Shown here piece after piece: positions 51,451-63,016 of a stretch of 64,000 nucleotides of DNA. The notes beneath the pieces are model-generated. The model did no database searches. It saw only the letters and a program-made list of their open reading frames with translations, and was not told the DNA's origin. The stretch's first letter is position 1; every line of letters starts with the position of its first letter. This DNA is from Macrostomum lignano (taxonomy: Eukaryota), in assembly GCA_002269645.1 (NCBI GenBank), contig NIVC01000225.1, forward strand, positions 186,001 through 250,000. The letters are read 5' to 3'. A program made the position numbers and the translations under genes.

Positions 51451-51879
51451 TGGGACAATTGCAAAATTCATCTGCAGTCAGCTCCATGAAAGCAGACAAA
51501 AACTTTGAACTCACTGAAGACGAGAAAGCCTCATGAGGTTTAGCAGCTCATATTTCAGTCACAGATGTCTGCAGAGCTCAGGTGCGACTGCGGCTGCGGC
51601 GCAAGGGAGGGCAGGCAGCCTGGTGCTCAGCATCGGATGCCAGCTGCTGACTCGGCAGCTCAGGCTCCCCATCAGCGGGGATCTGACTTCTGAAAGCCGA
51701 CACCTCCGGCAGAGCAGCTGCGTCAGTCAGCGGCCCCCCACCTCCAGTTCCAGTTGCCTGCCGCAGCAACGCGCAGCTCTGCTTTCAGAAGAAAGCAAAC
51801 CGGGATTGACAGAATTGCTGCTTCTGAATAAATCTGACAGCGGGACAGCTGAAAGTTTGGGCAAGATCTGGGTCCGAGT

Positions 51880-52410
51880 GGGCGCCAGCTTCAGAAGGGC
51901 GCCAGCTACAGAGAGGCGCCAGCTACAGAGAGGCGCCAGCTATAGAGGAGGCGCCAGCTACAGAGGGGCGCCAGCTACAGAGAGGCGCCAGCTACAGAGA
52001 GGCGCCAGCTACAGAGAGGCGCCAGCTACAGAGAGGCGCCAGCTACAGAGAGGCGCCAGCTACAGAGGGGCGCCAGCTACAGAGGGGCGCCAGCTACAGA
52101 GAGGCGCCAGCTACAGCTACAGAAGGGCGCCAGCTCTACAGAAGGGCGCCAGCTACAGAGAGGCGCCAGCTACAGAGAGGCGCCAGCTACAGAAGGGCGC
52201 CAGCTCTACAGAAGGGCGCCAGCTACAGAGAGGCGCCAGCTACAGAAGGGCGCCAGCTACAGAAGGGCGCCAGCTCTACAGAAGGGCGCCAGCTACAGAG
52301 AGGCGCCAGCTACAGAAGGGCGCCAGCTACAGAAGGGCGCCAGCTACAGAGAGGCGCCAGCTACAGAAGGGCGCCAGCTACAGAAGGGCGCCAGCTACAG
52401 AGAGGCGCAC
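51880..52410. repeat. ~17-bp minisatellite CGCCAGCTACAGAGAGG
   Basis: Direct reading. Confidence 0.88.
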
Positions 52411-52607
52411 GCTACAACTAGTTTGACACAGAATCAAGGTAAACTCACGGAATATTTGCGCCTCAAATATTGATATTTAATCCCAACTGGATGCGGTATT
52501 TTTCTTGTTCCTAAAAAAAACTCTGGGGTTGCCGGTGCTGATATCGAGTTTTTCCAGACAGCAGGGACTGACAACAGCCTGGTGACGCGGGCAGGCAGCA
52601 GGCCAGT

Positions 52608-52972
52608 CTGTGCAAAATCAATCTGAGCGCTTGTGCCAGTGTGTGCAAAATCAATCTGCGCGCTTGTGCCAGTGTGTGCAAATCAATCTGCGCGCTTGTA
52701 CCAGTGTGTGCAAATCAATCTGCGCGCTTGTGCCAGTGTGTGCAAAATCAATCTGCGCGCTTGTGCCAGTGTGTGCAAATCAATCTGCGCGCTTGTACCA
52801 GTGTGTGCAAAATCAATCTGCGCGCTTGTGCCAGTGTGTGCAAAATCAATCTGCACGCTTGTGCCAGTGTGTGCAAAATCAATCTGCGCGCTTGTGCCAG
52901 TGTGTGCAAAATCAATCTGCGCGCTTGTGCCAGTGTGTGCAAAATCAATCTGCGCGCTTGTGCCAGTGTGTG
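52608..52972. repeat. 32-33-bp minisatellite TGTGCAAAATCAATCTGCGCGCTTGTGCCAGTG
   Basis: Direct reading. Confidence 0.9.
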
Positions 52973-53164
52973 AGCTTAGCAAAATGACTGCAGACTCAAA
53001 TTGCGCGCTTCTGTCATGCGTTCTGAGTCAGGCGTCCCGCACCATCCGTCCCGATTTATAGGGGACATTTCTTCGGCTTGCAACGCAAGAACTTTTAAAG
53101 CAGTTAAGATCCTCTCTGCATAAGCTTTAGGAGAATTTATGATCAATTTGACGCAAACAGATAT

Positions 53165-53362
53165 GGTCGACGAGCTGATGAAATTTGGAGGCTTGGCAAG
53201 GCCGCACTGAGGTGCAGTGCTGATTGGCGCACAGGGGTGTACTGAATACACTAGAGCTTATGGGAAAAATCCGACCTACTGGCAGAACCCTTGATTATCT
53301 TGACGGTCCGGAGGGTTGGCGACTTGTGTGCCTGCATTGCTCCGTTCCGGCGCAGCAAAAGA
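53165..53362. repeat. Third copy of the 16.8-17.1 kb dispersed repeat
   Basis: GCTGATGAAATTTGGAGG...CACTGAGGTGCAGTGCTGATTGG...CTGAATACACT...AAAAATCCGA...CTGGCAGAA...GACGGTCCGG matches 16847-17090 with an internal deletion. Confidence 0.75.
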
Positions 53363-54174
53363 ATTGCCCTGGTAGATCAACCAGCAATTGCTTAGGTTCA
53401 GTCACCAGCCAGTGAACAGGTGACTCGCGCAGACGGTCTGTCAATTTTATTTGATTTATTAAATTTACTGTGCGCAGACGCGTGGATGATGAGGGAGGCT
53501 GAGAATTAGGCAGAGGTGCTCAGGCATGAGCTGGATTGCGCAACAGGCGATTGGCTCGGCTTTAACGATCGCATTTCATACTGAAACATTATTATAAATA
53601 ATAAGTTTATATATGCTACTAAAAGCTGTCTTGCACAATAAATTATGTTAATAACAGCGGCACGCGGGGCACACAGCCACAGGGAACTCGGGAATGTACT
53701 TTTGAGCCAGACTGGCGGCACAGTGTATAATGAATAAAGTATAATGAACGTTAATAAACTCGGGCTGGAATGTTGACAGCATAATGTACTGTAAAACTTA
53801 TCATAATAGCAACAGTGGTGGCGTCTCAGTGCCCATGGAAATTTCGTAACGCACGCGTCCATAGCAACCATTTCTCAATAAATCTAAATAGAAGCGGGGC
53901 GGACCCGATGCGGTTGGTAGAAAAAGTGCGCGTATTAAAACAAAAAACAGTTAAAAACCAAAATGTTCGAATCATTCAGGGCGAGAGTTTATGTACAAGT
54001 ATGCAGAGCCAACCGCATCCCGGCATGCTGGGTGGACAAGCAATTGCTTTACTCCTCAATAATCCTCTCAGACAACAGACTAATAACTAACAATAAAATT
54101 AGACTTGTATAAAATAACCCTACAGTTACACAAGACGTTTGCACAGCTTCCAGTCTACATAACAGAATCTTCTT

Positions 54175-54490
54175 CAGTAGCATACTACTTCCGGTTCAGT
54201 AGTGTACTACTTCCGGTTCAACAGTGTACTACTTCCGGTTTAGTAGTGTGCTACTTCCGGCTCAGTAGTGTACTACTTCCGGTTCAATAGTGTACTACTT
54301 CCGGTTTAGTAGTGTGCTACTTCCGGTTCAGTAGTGTACTACTTCCGGTCCAGTATTATACTACTTTCGGTTCAATAAGTATACTACTTCCGGTTCAGTA
54401 GTATACTACCTCTAATTCACTAGTCCAATGCTTCCGTTTCGGTAGCACGTGCTACTTCCGGCTTATTGTTTACAGCACTTCCGGCAGAAT
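54175..54490. repeat. ~22-bp repeat AGTAGTGTACTACTTCCGGTTC (3' of the ATPase)
   Basis: Direct reading; contains ACTTCCGG. Confidence 0.8.
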
Positions 54491-54616
54491 TAGCATACTA
54501 CTCTATATCCAACACAAATACATTGTTTTCCAATTGAACAGTTAAAAATTCACTATAATTCACAGACAGACGCAGCTAAAATGATTAGCAGAGAAGAGTT
54601 CACAGCAGGAAGTGTC

Positions 54617-57600
54617 TTAGAAGCTTTCCAGAAAATCCAGCCAGTTGTTCTTCACCCCGGATGGCCTCAGCCGGAGCACCAGTTTCCTGATCTCGTCGTA
54701 CATGAGGATGAGGAAGCCGAAGGGCATTGCGGGCAGCCACCAGGTGAAGCGGAGGGGCTGCATCTGCAGGGCCTGGTTCAGGTAGGGCACGTAGACCATC
54801 ACGATGGCCAGGCCGGTCTCAAACAGCAGCGAGAAGGACAGGAAATGATTCCACATGCCCTGCTGCAGCAGCGAGTTGCTGCGGGTCTTGCAGGCCAGCA
54901 GGTTGGCCCACTGCATCACCACAATGCTGGCAAAGAAAGCCGAGTGAGCTGTGTACTCCAGGCGCTTGCGCTGGTAATAGGACTGCGGGCAGAGCGCAGG
55001 GGCTTTGTTTGAGCTTGGATTCTTTTTTTAATACTTCCGGAAAGGTGATAAATTTGGTTACAATTTGGTTACAGTTCGCATAGCTGCAGATTCCTACCTT
55101 TGGTCCAATGCTTACCCTAAATCTACTCCCGGTTCTTTGTAGTTTCCTGCTTCCACTTTGATGTAGTTTCCTACTTCCGGCCCCATGTAGTTTCCTACTT
55201 CCGGTTCCATGTAGTTTCCTACTTCCGGTACCATGTAGTTTCCTACTTCCGGCCCCATGTAGTTTCCTACTTCCGGTTCCATGTAGTTTCCTACTTCCGG
55301 TTCCATGTAGTTTCCTGCTTCCGGTCCCATGTAGTTTCCTAATTCGGGTTCTATGTAGTTTCCTGCTTCCGGTTTCATATAGTTTCCTACTTCCGCTTCC
55401 ATATAGTTTCCTACTTCCGGTCCCATGTAGTTTCCTACTTCCGGCCCCATGTAGTTTCCTACTTCCGGTCCCATGTAGTTTCCTACTTCCGGTCCCATGT
55501 AGTTTCCTACTTCCGGTCTCATGTAGTTTCCTACTTCCGGTCCCATATAGTTTCCTACTTCCGGTCTCATGTAGTTTCCTACTTCCGGTCTCATGTAGTT
55601 TCCTACTTCCGGTCCCATAAAGTTTCCTACTTCCGGTCCCATAAAGTTTCCTACTTCCGGTCCCATATAGTTTCTTACTTCCGGTCCCATAAAGTTTCCT
55701 ACTTCCGGTCCCATATAGTTTCCTACTTCCGGTTCTATATAGTTTCCTATTTCCGGTTGCATATAGTTTCCTACTTCCGGTTCTATATAATTTCCTATTT
55801 CCGGTTGCATATAGTTTTGTGCTTCCGGTTCTGTATAGATGTAGGCGTATATTTTCCAACTTACGGCTCTTAGTTCCCCACTTTCAGCATAAAGTTCTAT
55901 CAAAACTGCCTTGTTTCTATTGAGCCTATTGAAAATCCTTAGCCACTTCACACGTACTTAGGGGGTTCAGCAGGTCACTTCCGGTTAGCCTACTTCACAG
56001 CCGCACTCACCCACTCTTGGCCGTAGCTGTCCTCCAGGTCCACGATGCCCTCGCTGTCCCACACCCGGCGGATGCCGAACAGCCGGCGCGGCCAGAAGCC
56101 GTTCTCGGACAGCACGACGAAGTAGGTGAAGAAGCCGCCGGCCGCCTGCAAGATGCCGATGCGGGCGAAGGCCGAGCTGAGTAGCCGCTCGCTCACTAGG
56201 CGGTCCCGGCGCGGATTCCTGGGATCGCGGCGCATGATGTCGCTTTCAGCCTCCTCGTAGGCCAGGGAGACGGCCGGGGCCAGGTCGGTGCCGAGGTCGA
56301 TGCACAGGATGGTGATGGTGCCCAGGGGCAGCGGGATGCTGACCACCAGGAAGGACAGGAAGCAGATGACCTCGGGCATGTTGGAGGTCAGCGTGTAGGC
56401 GATGGACTTCTTGAGGTTGTCGAACAGGATGCGGCCCTCCTCGATGCCCGTGACGATGGAGGCAAAGTTGTCGTCCGCCAGCACCATGTCGGCGACCTGC
56501 GGCGGCGGTTGGTAAAAAATGGCTGAAGCTCAGATCCCCAATCCCCTAACAGGCTCAGATCCCCTATCCCCTGACAGGCTCAGATCCCCAATCCCCTGAC
56601 AGGCTCAGATCCCCAATCACCTGACATGCTCAGATTCCCAATCCCCTGACATGCTCAGATCCCAAATCCCCTGACAGGCTCAGATCCCCAATCTTCTGAC
56701 AGGCTCAGATCCCCAATCCCCTGACAGGCTCAGATCCCCAATCCCCTGACAGGCTCAGATCCCAAATCCCCTGACAGGCTCAGATCCCCAATCTTCTGAC
56801 AGGCTCAGATCCCCAATCCCCTGACAGGCTCAGATCCCCAATCCCCTGACAGGCTCAGATCCCAAATCCCCTGACAGGCTCAGATCCCCAATCTTCTGAC
56901 AGGCTCAGATCCCCAATCCCCTGACAGGCTCAGATCCCCAATCCCCTGACAGGCTCAGATCCCAAATCTTCTGACAGGCTCAAATCCCCAATCTTCTGAC
57001 AGGCTCAGATCCCCAATCCCCTGACAGGCTCAGATTCCCAATCCCCTGACAGGCTCAGATCCCCTATCCCCTGACAGGCTCAGATCCCAAATCCCCTGAC
57101 AGGCTCAGATCCCAAATCCAATGACAGTCTCAGATTCCCAATCCCCTGACATGCTCTGATCCCCAATCCCCTGACAGGCTCAGATCCCAAATCCCCTGAC
57201 AGGCTCAGATCCCCAATCTTCTGACAGGCTCAAATCCCCAATCCCCTGACAGGCTCAGATCCCCAATCCCCTGACAGGCTTAGATCCCAAATCCCCTGAC
57301 AGGCTCAGATCCCCAATCCCCTGACAGGCTCAAATCCCCAATCCCCTGACAGGCTCAGATTCCCAATCTCCTGACAGGCTCAGATCCCCAATCCCCTGAC
57401 AGGCTCAGATTCCCAATCCCTGACATGCTCAGATCCCCAATCCCCTGACATGCTCAGATTCCCAATCCCCTGACATGCTCAGATCCCAAATCCCCTGACA
57501 GGCTCAGATCCCCAATCCCCTGACAGGCTCAGATCCCAAATCCAATGACAGTCTCAGATCCCCAATCCCCTGACAGGCTCAGATCTCCAATCCCCTGACA

Positions 57601-60600
57601 GGCTAAGATGCCCAATCCCCTGACAGGCTCAGATCCCAAATCCAATGACAGTCTCAGATCCCCAATCCCCTGACAGGCTCAAATCCCCAATCCCCTGACA
57701 GGCTCAGATTCCCAATCTTCTGACAGGCTCAGATCCCCAATCCCCTGACAGGCTCAGATCCCCAATCTCCTGTCAGGCGCAGATCCCCAATCCCCCGACA
57801 GGCTCAGATCCCCAATCTCCTGTCAGGCGCAGATCCCCAATCCCCCGACAGGCTCAGATCCCAAATCCCCTGACAGGCTCACCTGCTTGCTGATGTCGCT
57901 GCCCGCCAGGCCCATGGCGATGCCGATGTCCGCCTGCCTGAGCGCCGGCGAGTCGCTCACGCCGTCGCCAGTGACCGCCACCACGTGACCCAGGCGCTGG
58001 CAGCTCTCCACAATGACCAGCTTCTGCTGCGGGGTGGTCCTGGCGAACACGAGCTCCCGGTGAGTGCGCACCAGCTCGTCCAGCTGGCCGCTGGTCATCT
58101 CGGCCAGGTCGGAGCCGTGAACCACGCAGGCGTCGGCCTCCCGCGGGTCCACGTGGGACGGGTCGACGCCGCGCTCCAGTGCGATGTCCTCCGCCGTCTT
58201 GCTGCGGCTGCTAATGATGTCCACGTGGCGGGCGATGGCCTTCGCCGTGATTGGGTGGTCGCCCGTCACCATGATGACCTGGACAGGTGGCGGTGAGATT
58301 CGGATGGGCAGTGGCTGAGATTCGGGTGAGACAGTGGCTGAGATTCGGGTGAGCAGTGGCTGAGATTCGGGTGAGCAATGGCTGAGATTCGGGTGGGCAG
58401 TGGCTGAGATTTGGGTGAGATAGTGGCTGAGATTCGGGTGAGCAGTGACTGAGATTTTGGTGAGCAGTGGCTGAGATTCGGGTGAGCAGTGGCTGAGATT
58501 CGGGTGAGCAGTGGCTGAAATTCGCGAGATTCGGGAAAAGCTAGCATGTCACGCTAGCAACTGCCTACTTATAAGTAGCAAAACACGAGCACGAACAGAA
58601 AAGTTCATCCCTGCGCTCTCCCAGCTCCTCACCTTGATGCCTGCGGAGCGGCACTTCTGCACGGCGTCCGGCACGGAAGCCCTGGGCGGGTCAATCATGG
58701 AGATGAGGCCGAGAAACCGGAGCCCCATGAGCGGGAAGTTCACCTCCTCGGCGTTGAACTCGTATCGCTCGTCGAATTCGTCGGCGGACAGGCGGAGGTC
58801 GCAGAAGCCGAGGACCCGCTCGCCCTGGCCGCCCAGCTCGTTGTAGGCGGCGAGAAAGGAGCGGCGCCACTGGTCGGAGGTCTGCACCTCGCGGCCGTCA
58901 ACCAGCAGGTGCGAGCATCTGTCAAAGATGATCTCCGGAGCGCCCTTCATCACCAGTAGGAAGTTGGAGCCGCGCTCCCGCATCACGTGCACGGAGGCCT
59001 GGGGCGAGGCGGAGGGGTGAAGAGGCACTTCCGGTGAATATTCTTGCTTAGAGTGAAAAGTCAATACTAAGTCACTTCCAATCCAATATTCTAGTCACTT
59101 CCGGTTTCGATGGAAAAGGCAATCCAATAGTCTAGTCACTTTGGTTTAGAGGGAAAAGGCAATCCAATAGTCTAGTCACTTCCGGTTTAGAGGGAAAAGG
59201 CAATCCAATAGTCTAGTCACTTTGGTTTAGAGGGAAAAGGCAATCCAATAGTCTAGTCACTTCCGGTTTAGAGGGAAAAGGCAATCCAATAGTCTAGTCA
59301 CTTCCGGTTTAGAGGGAAAAGGCAATCCAATAGTCTAGTCACTTCCGGTTTAGAGGGAAAAGGCAATCCAATAGTCTAGTCACTTCCGGTTTAGATGGAA
59401 AAGGCAATCCAATAGTCTAGTCACTTCCGGTTTAGAGGGAAAAGGCAATCCAATAGTCTAGTCACTTTGGTTTAGAGGGAAAAGGCAATCCAATAGTCTA
59501 GTCACTTCCGGTTTAGATGGAAAAGGCAATCCAATAGTCTAGTCACTTCCGGTTTAGATGGAAAAGGCAATCCAATAGTCTAGTCACTTCCGGTTTAGAT
59601 GGAAAAGGCAATCCAATAGTCTAGTCACTTCCGGTTTAGATGGAAAAGGCAATCCAATAGTCTAGTCACTTCCGGTTTAGATGGAAAAGGCAATCCAATA
59701 GTCTAGTCACTTCCGGTTTAGATGGAAAAGGCAATCCAATAGTCTAGTCACTTCCGGTTTAGAGGGAAAAGGCAATCCAATAGTCTAGTCACTTCCGGTT
59801 TAGAGGGAAAAGGCAATCCAATAGTCTAGTCACTTCCGGTTTAGATGGAAAAGGCAATCCAATAGTCTAGTCACTTCTCGCCTCACCTGGAATTTGTTGG
59901 CGCTGCTGAACGGAACCTCGCAAATCTTGGGATGTTGGCGCCGGAACTCCGGCACGCCGCCCACGCACCACTCCATGTACTTGAGCAGCGCGGACTCGGA
60001 AGCGTCGCCAATGCAGTCCCGCTGCAGAATCGGCTTTTCCTCTTCGCCGGCTTTGAACTCCGCCCGGCTGCACAGCATGGCGCACCGGCTGAGGGCTACC
60101 CAGTCAGGGGACTGCGGAGGCGCCGGGGCCGCGCCTTCGCCCATCTGGACCTCCGCGATGCGGCCGCTCTGCCAGGTGTGCGTCACCGTCATCCGGTTCA
60201 TTGTCAGCGTGCCTGGCGGGGGCGGCATGTGGTTTTTTAGTTGAACTCAAGTCTGTTGCTAGGCAGTTGCTATGTGGTTTTTTAGGTGAACTCAAGTCTG
60301 TTACTAGGCAGTTGCTATGTGGTTTTTTAGGTGAACTCAAGTCTGTTGCTAGGCATTTACTATGTGGTTTTTAGGTGAACTCAAGTCTGTTGCTAGGCGG
60401 TTGCTACGCGGTTTTACACCCTCAATAGTCTAGCAATCCCGTTCGCCATCGCTCCCACGCCAGACTCACCGGTCTTGTCCGAGCAGATGACGCTGGTGGC
60501 GCCCAGAGTTTCCACAGCCTCCAGGTTGCGGACGAAGCAGTTCTTCGAGGCCATGCGCTGGGCGGTGAGGGTCAGGCAGACGGTGACGGTGGCCAGGAGG

Positions 60601-62010
60601 CCCTCCGGGATGTTGGCCACGATGATGCCGATGAGGAAGATGATGGAGTCCAGCCAGTCGTACTGCATAGCGAAGGAGGCGATGAAGAAGGCGGCGCCCA
60701 TCAGCACGGCGATGACGGTGACGATGTTGATGAAGCGCTCGATTTCCCGGCCGATGGGGGTCTGGCGGGCGTCCAGCCCGGAGGCCAAGTTGGCGATGCG
60801 CCCGATGAGGGTGGCGTCACCAGTGCGGATCACAATGCCGATGCAGTTGCCTGGTGGGGGTGGTGAAATTCCAGCTCAGGCTCATGTGCTCAATCGCAGC
60901 GGGTCTGAAGACAGTGGGATAAAATCCCCATCTCAGGTGCCTCTCTCCCTGAAGCCAGTGGGATAAAATCCCCATCTCAGGTGCACACTCCCTGAAGCCA
61001 GTGGAATAAAATCCCCATCTCAGGTGCACACTCCCTGAAGCCAGTGGGATAAAATTCCCATCTCAGGTGCTCACTCCCTGAAGCCAGTGGGATAAAATTC
61101 CCATCTCAGGTGCTCACTCCCTGAAGCCAGTGGGATAAAATTCCCATCTCAGGTGCTCACTCCCTGAAGCCAGTGGAATAAAATTCCCATCTCAGGTGCT
61201 CACTCCCTGAAGCCAGTGGGATGAAATCCCCATTTCAGATGCTCACTCCCAGCGGGTTTGACGCCACAAAGGATAAAATCCCCATTCTTGGGCACTTACC
61301 CTCAACAGCGTAGGTAGAGAAGAACGCCAGGTTCTCTGTCTCCAGCGGGTTCTCGCTAGTGTACTCCCTGGAGCGCACCTGGGGATCGGACTCGCCAGTC
61401 AGACAGGAGTTGTCCACCTTGAAGCGCTGCGCATTGATGATGCGGACATCGGCTGGCACCTGGTCACCGGCGTTGATCTCGACGATGTCACCGCGGACGA
61501 GTTTGGAAGTGAGGACGCGGCGCTTCTCGCCGTCGCGCAGCACGAGCGCCTGCTGGGGCAGGCTCTCCTTGAACTTGTCGATGATCTGGGCGGACTGGTG
61601 CTCCTGCGGCGGACGGCGGAGTGACAGATTTGTGACTCTGGGCGCGTCGCACATTCTTTATTTAACACAACTAACTGACTGACTGACTGACTGACTGACT
61701 GACTGACTGACTGACTGACTGACTGACTGACTGACTGACTGACTGACTGACTGACTGACTGACTGACTGACTGACTGACTGACTGACTGACTGACTGACT
61801 GACTGACTGACTGACTGACTGACTGACTAACTGACTGACTGACTGACTGACTGACTGACTGACTGACTGACTGACTGACTGACTGACTGACTGACTGACT
61901 GACTGACTGACTGACTGACTGACTGACTGACTGACTGACTAACTAACTAACTAACTAACTGACTGAATAACTAAGTAACTAACTAACTAATTTAACTAAC
62001 TAAATAACTG

Positions 62011-62079
<69 letters not shown>

Positions 62080-62390
62080 ATATCTAACTATCTAACAACT
62101 TAGTAACTGACTGAGAAAACTAAATAATAACTTTTGACTTGGGAAAGATTAGCCAGAATTCGAAACCGGCCTTTCAACACTTGGCGTCAAGCAAAAAGGC
62201 GCTTAACTCGAAATTCAGGTGCTGCCCAGTCCGAATTCGAATGTCTGTGGCCAGGGCTGCAGCAGTGAGAAGGGCCGCCGCTAATCCCAGTCCATCAAGT
62301 CTCCGCGGCGTTAATTCTCCATTAGTGGCGAGTCGCACCTGTCTTTGGGGCGCCCGTCAGCCATGTCAGCCTCGGCAGACTGACTGACTG

Positions 62391-62458
<68 letters not shown>

Positions 62459-62459
62459 G

Positions 62460-62551
<92 letters not shown>

Positions 62552-63016
62552 AAGGTGAAACTAAATTTAGGGACTCACCTGGTAGTAGGAGAAGCCACCG
62601 GTCACAGCGACCACCACCACCAGTACGATGCCGATGTACAGGTTGTCTGCCGGCGGGCTTTCGTAGGCGCCGAACTCCACGCCGTAGGCGATGAAGCAAA
62701 GGATGGCGCCAATGAGCAGCAGCAGGGAGAAGCCGCTGAAGACGGTCTTGGCGATTTGAACCCACTGCGGCGCGGCGGACGGCGGCGTCAGCTCGTTCGG
62801 GCCCTCCTGGGCGAGGCGCGCGTCGGCGTCCTCCTGCGGCAGGCCGTGCGACTCCGAGGACTGCATGTAGTCCATGAGCGCCGCAAGGTCCATGCGGTGC
62901 TCGTCCATCTCGAACTCCTGGCGGAGGTCATCTGTGCGGTGCGGCCGGCCAGTGCGAGAGCCCTTCTCGCCGCGAAGGGTTTCGGCGCGGACTGCCTGCC
63001 GGAAGCTGTTGTCTCT
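54617..63016 (-). CDS. ATP1A: Na+/K+-ATPase alpha-family (P2C) pump, divergent; exons 63016-62579, 61603-61300, 60850-60470, 60212-59887, 58998-58633, 58278-57883, 56496-56011, 54982-54617; short first exon not located
   Basis: Eight exons join in phase to 1020 aa: [49 protein letters not shown] (phospho-Asp), [56 protein letters not shown]. Confidence 0.95.
55125..55830. repeat. 24-bp minisatellite CATGTAGTTTCCTACTTCCGGTCC (last ATPase intron)
   Basis: Direct reading; contains ACTTCCGG. Confidence 0.92.
56525..57882. repeat. 25-bp minisatellite GGCTCAGATCCCCAATCCCCTGACA filling an ATPase intron
   Basis: Direct reading; the last unit merges with the splice donor. Confidence 0.92.
58290..58525. 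repeat. 22-23-bp minisatellite GAGCAGTGGCTGAGATTCGGGT
   Basis: Direct reading. Confidence 0.88.
59070..59875. repeat. 41-bp minisatellite AATCCAATAGTCTAGTCACTTCCGGTTTAGAGGGAAAAGGC
   Basis: Direct reading; contains CCAAT and ACTTCCGG. Confidence 0.92.
60228..60415. repeat. ~45-bp minisatellite (GAACTCAAGTCTGTTGCTAGGCA...) in an ATPase intron
   Basis: Four copies read directly. Confidence 0.85.
60905..61290. repeat. 43-bp minisatellite CACTCCCTGAAGCCAGTGGGATAAAATTCCCATCTCAGGTGCT
   Basis: Direct reading. Confidence 0.88.
61669..62550. repeat. (GACT)n and (AACT)n tracts flanking the dispersed element
   Basis: Direct reading. Confidence 0.92.
62078..62378. mobile_element. Microsatellite-linked dispersed repeat, copy 2 (intronic in the ATPase)
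   Basis: Only a few substitutions versus 38628-38928; embedded between (GACT/AACT)n tracts. Confidence 0.75.

Noticed and set aside
51050-54100. Search for a fourth ILP gene between ILP-C and the ATPase
   Set aside because: No C-x11-C or CC-x3/4-C-x8-C exon pair found on either strand by eye.
54819-55951. 346-aa and 279-aa repetitive ORFs ([16 protein letters not shown])
   Set aside because: 24-bp unit open in two frames inside the last ATPase intron.
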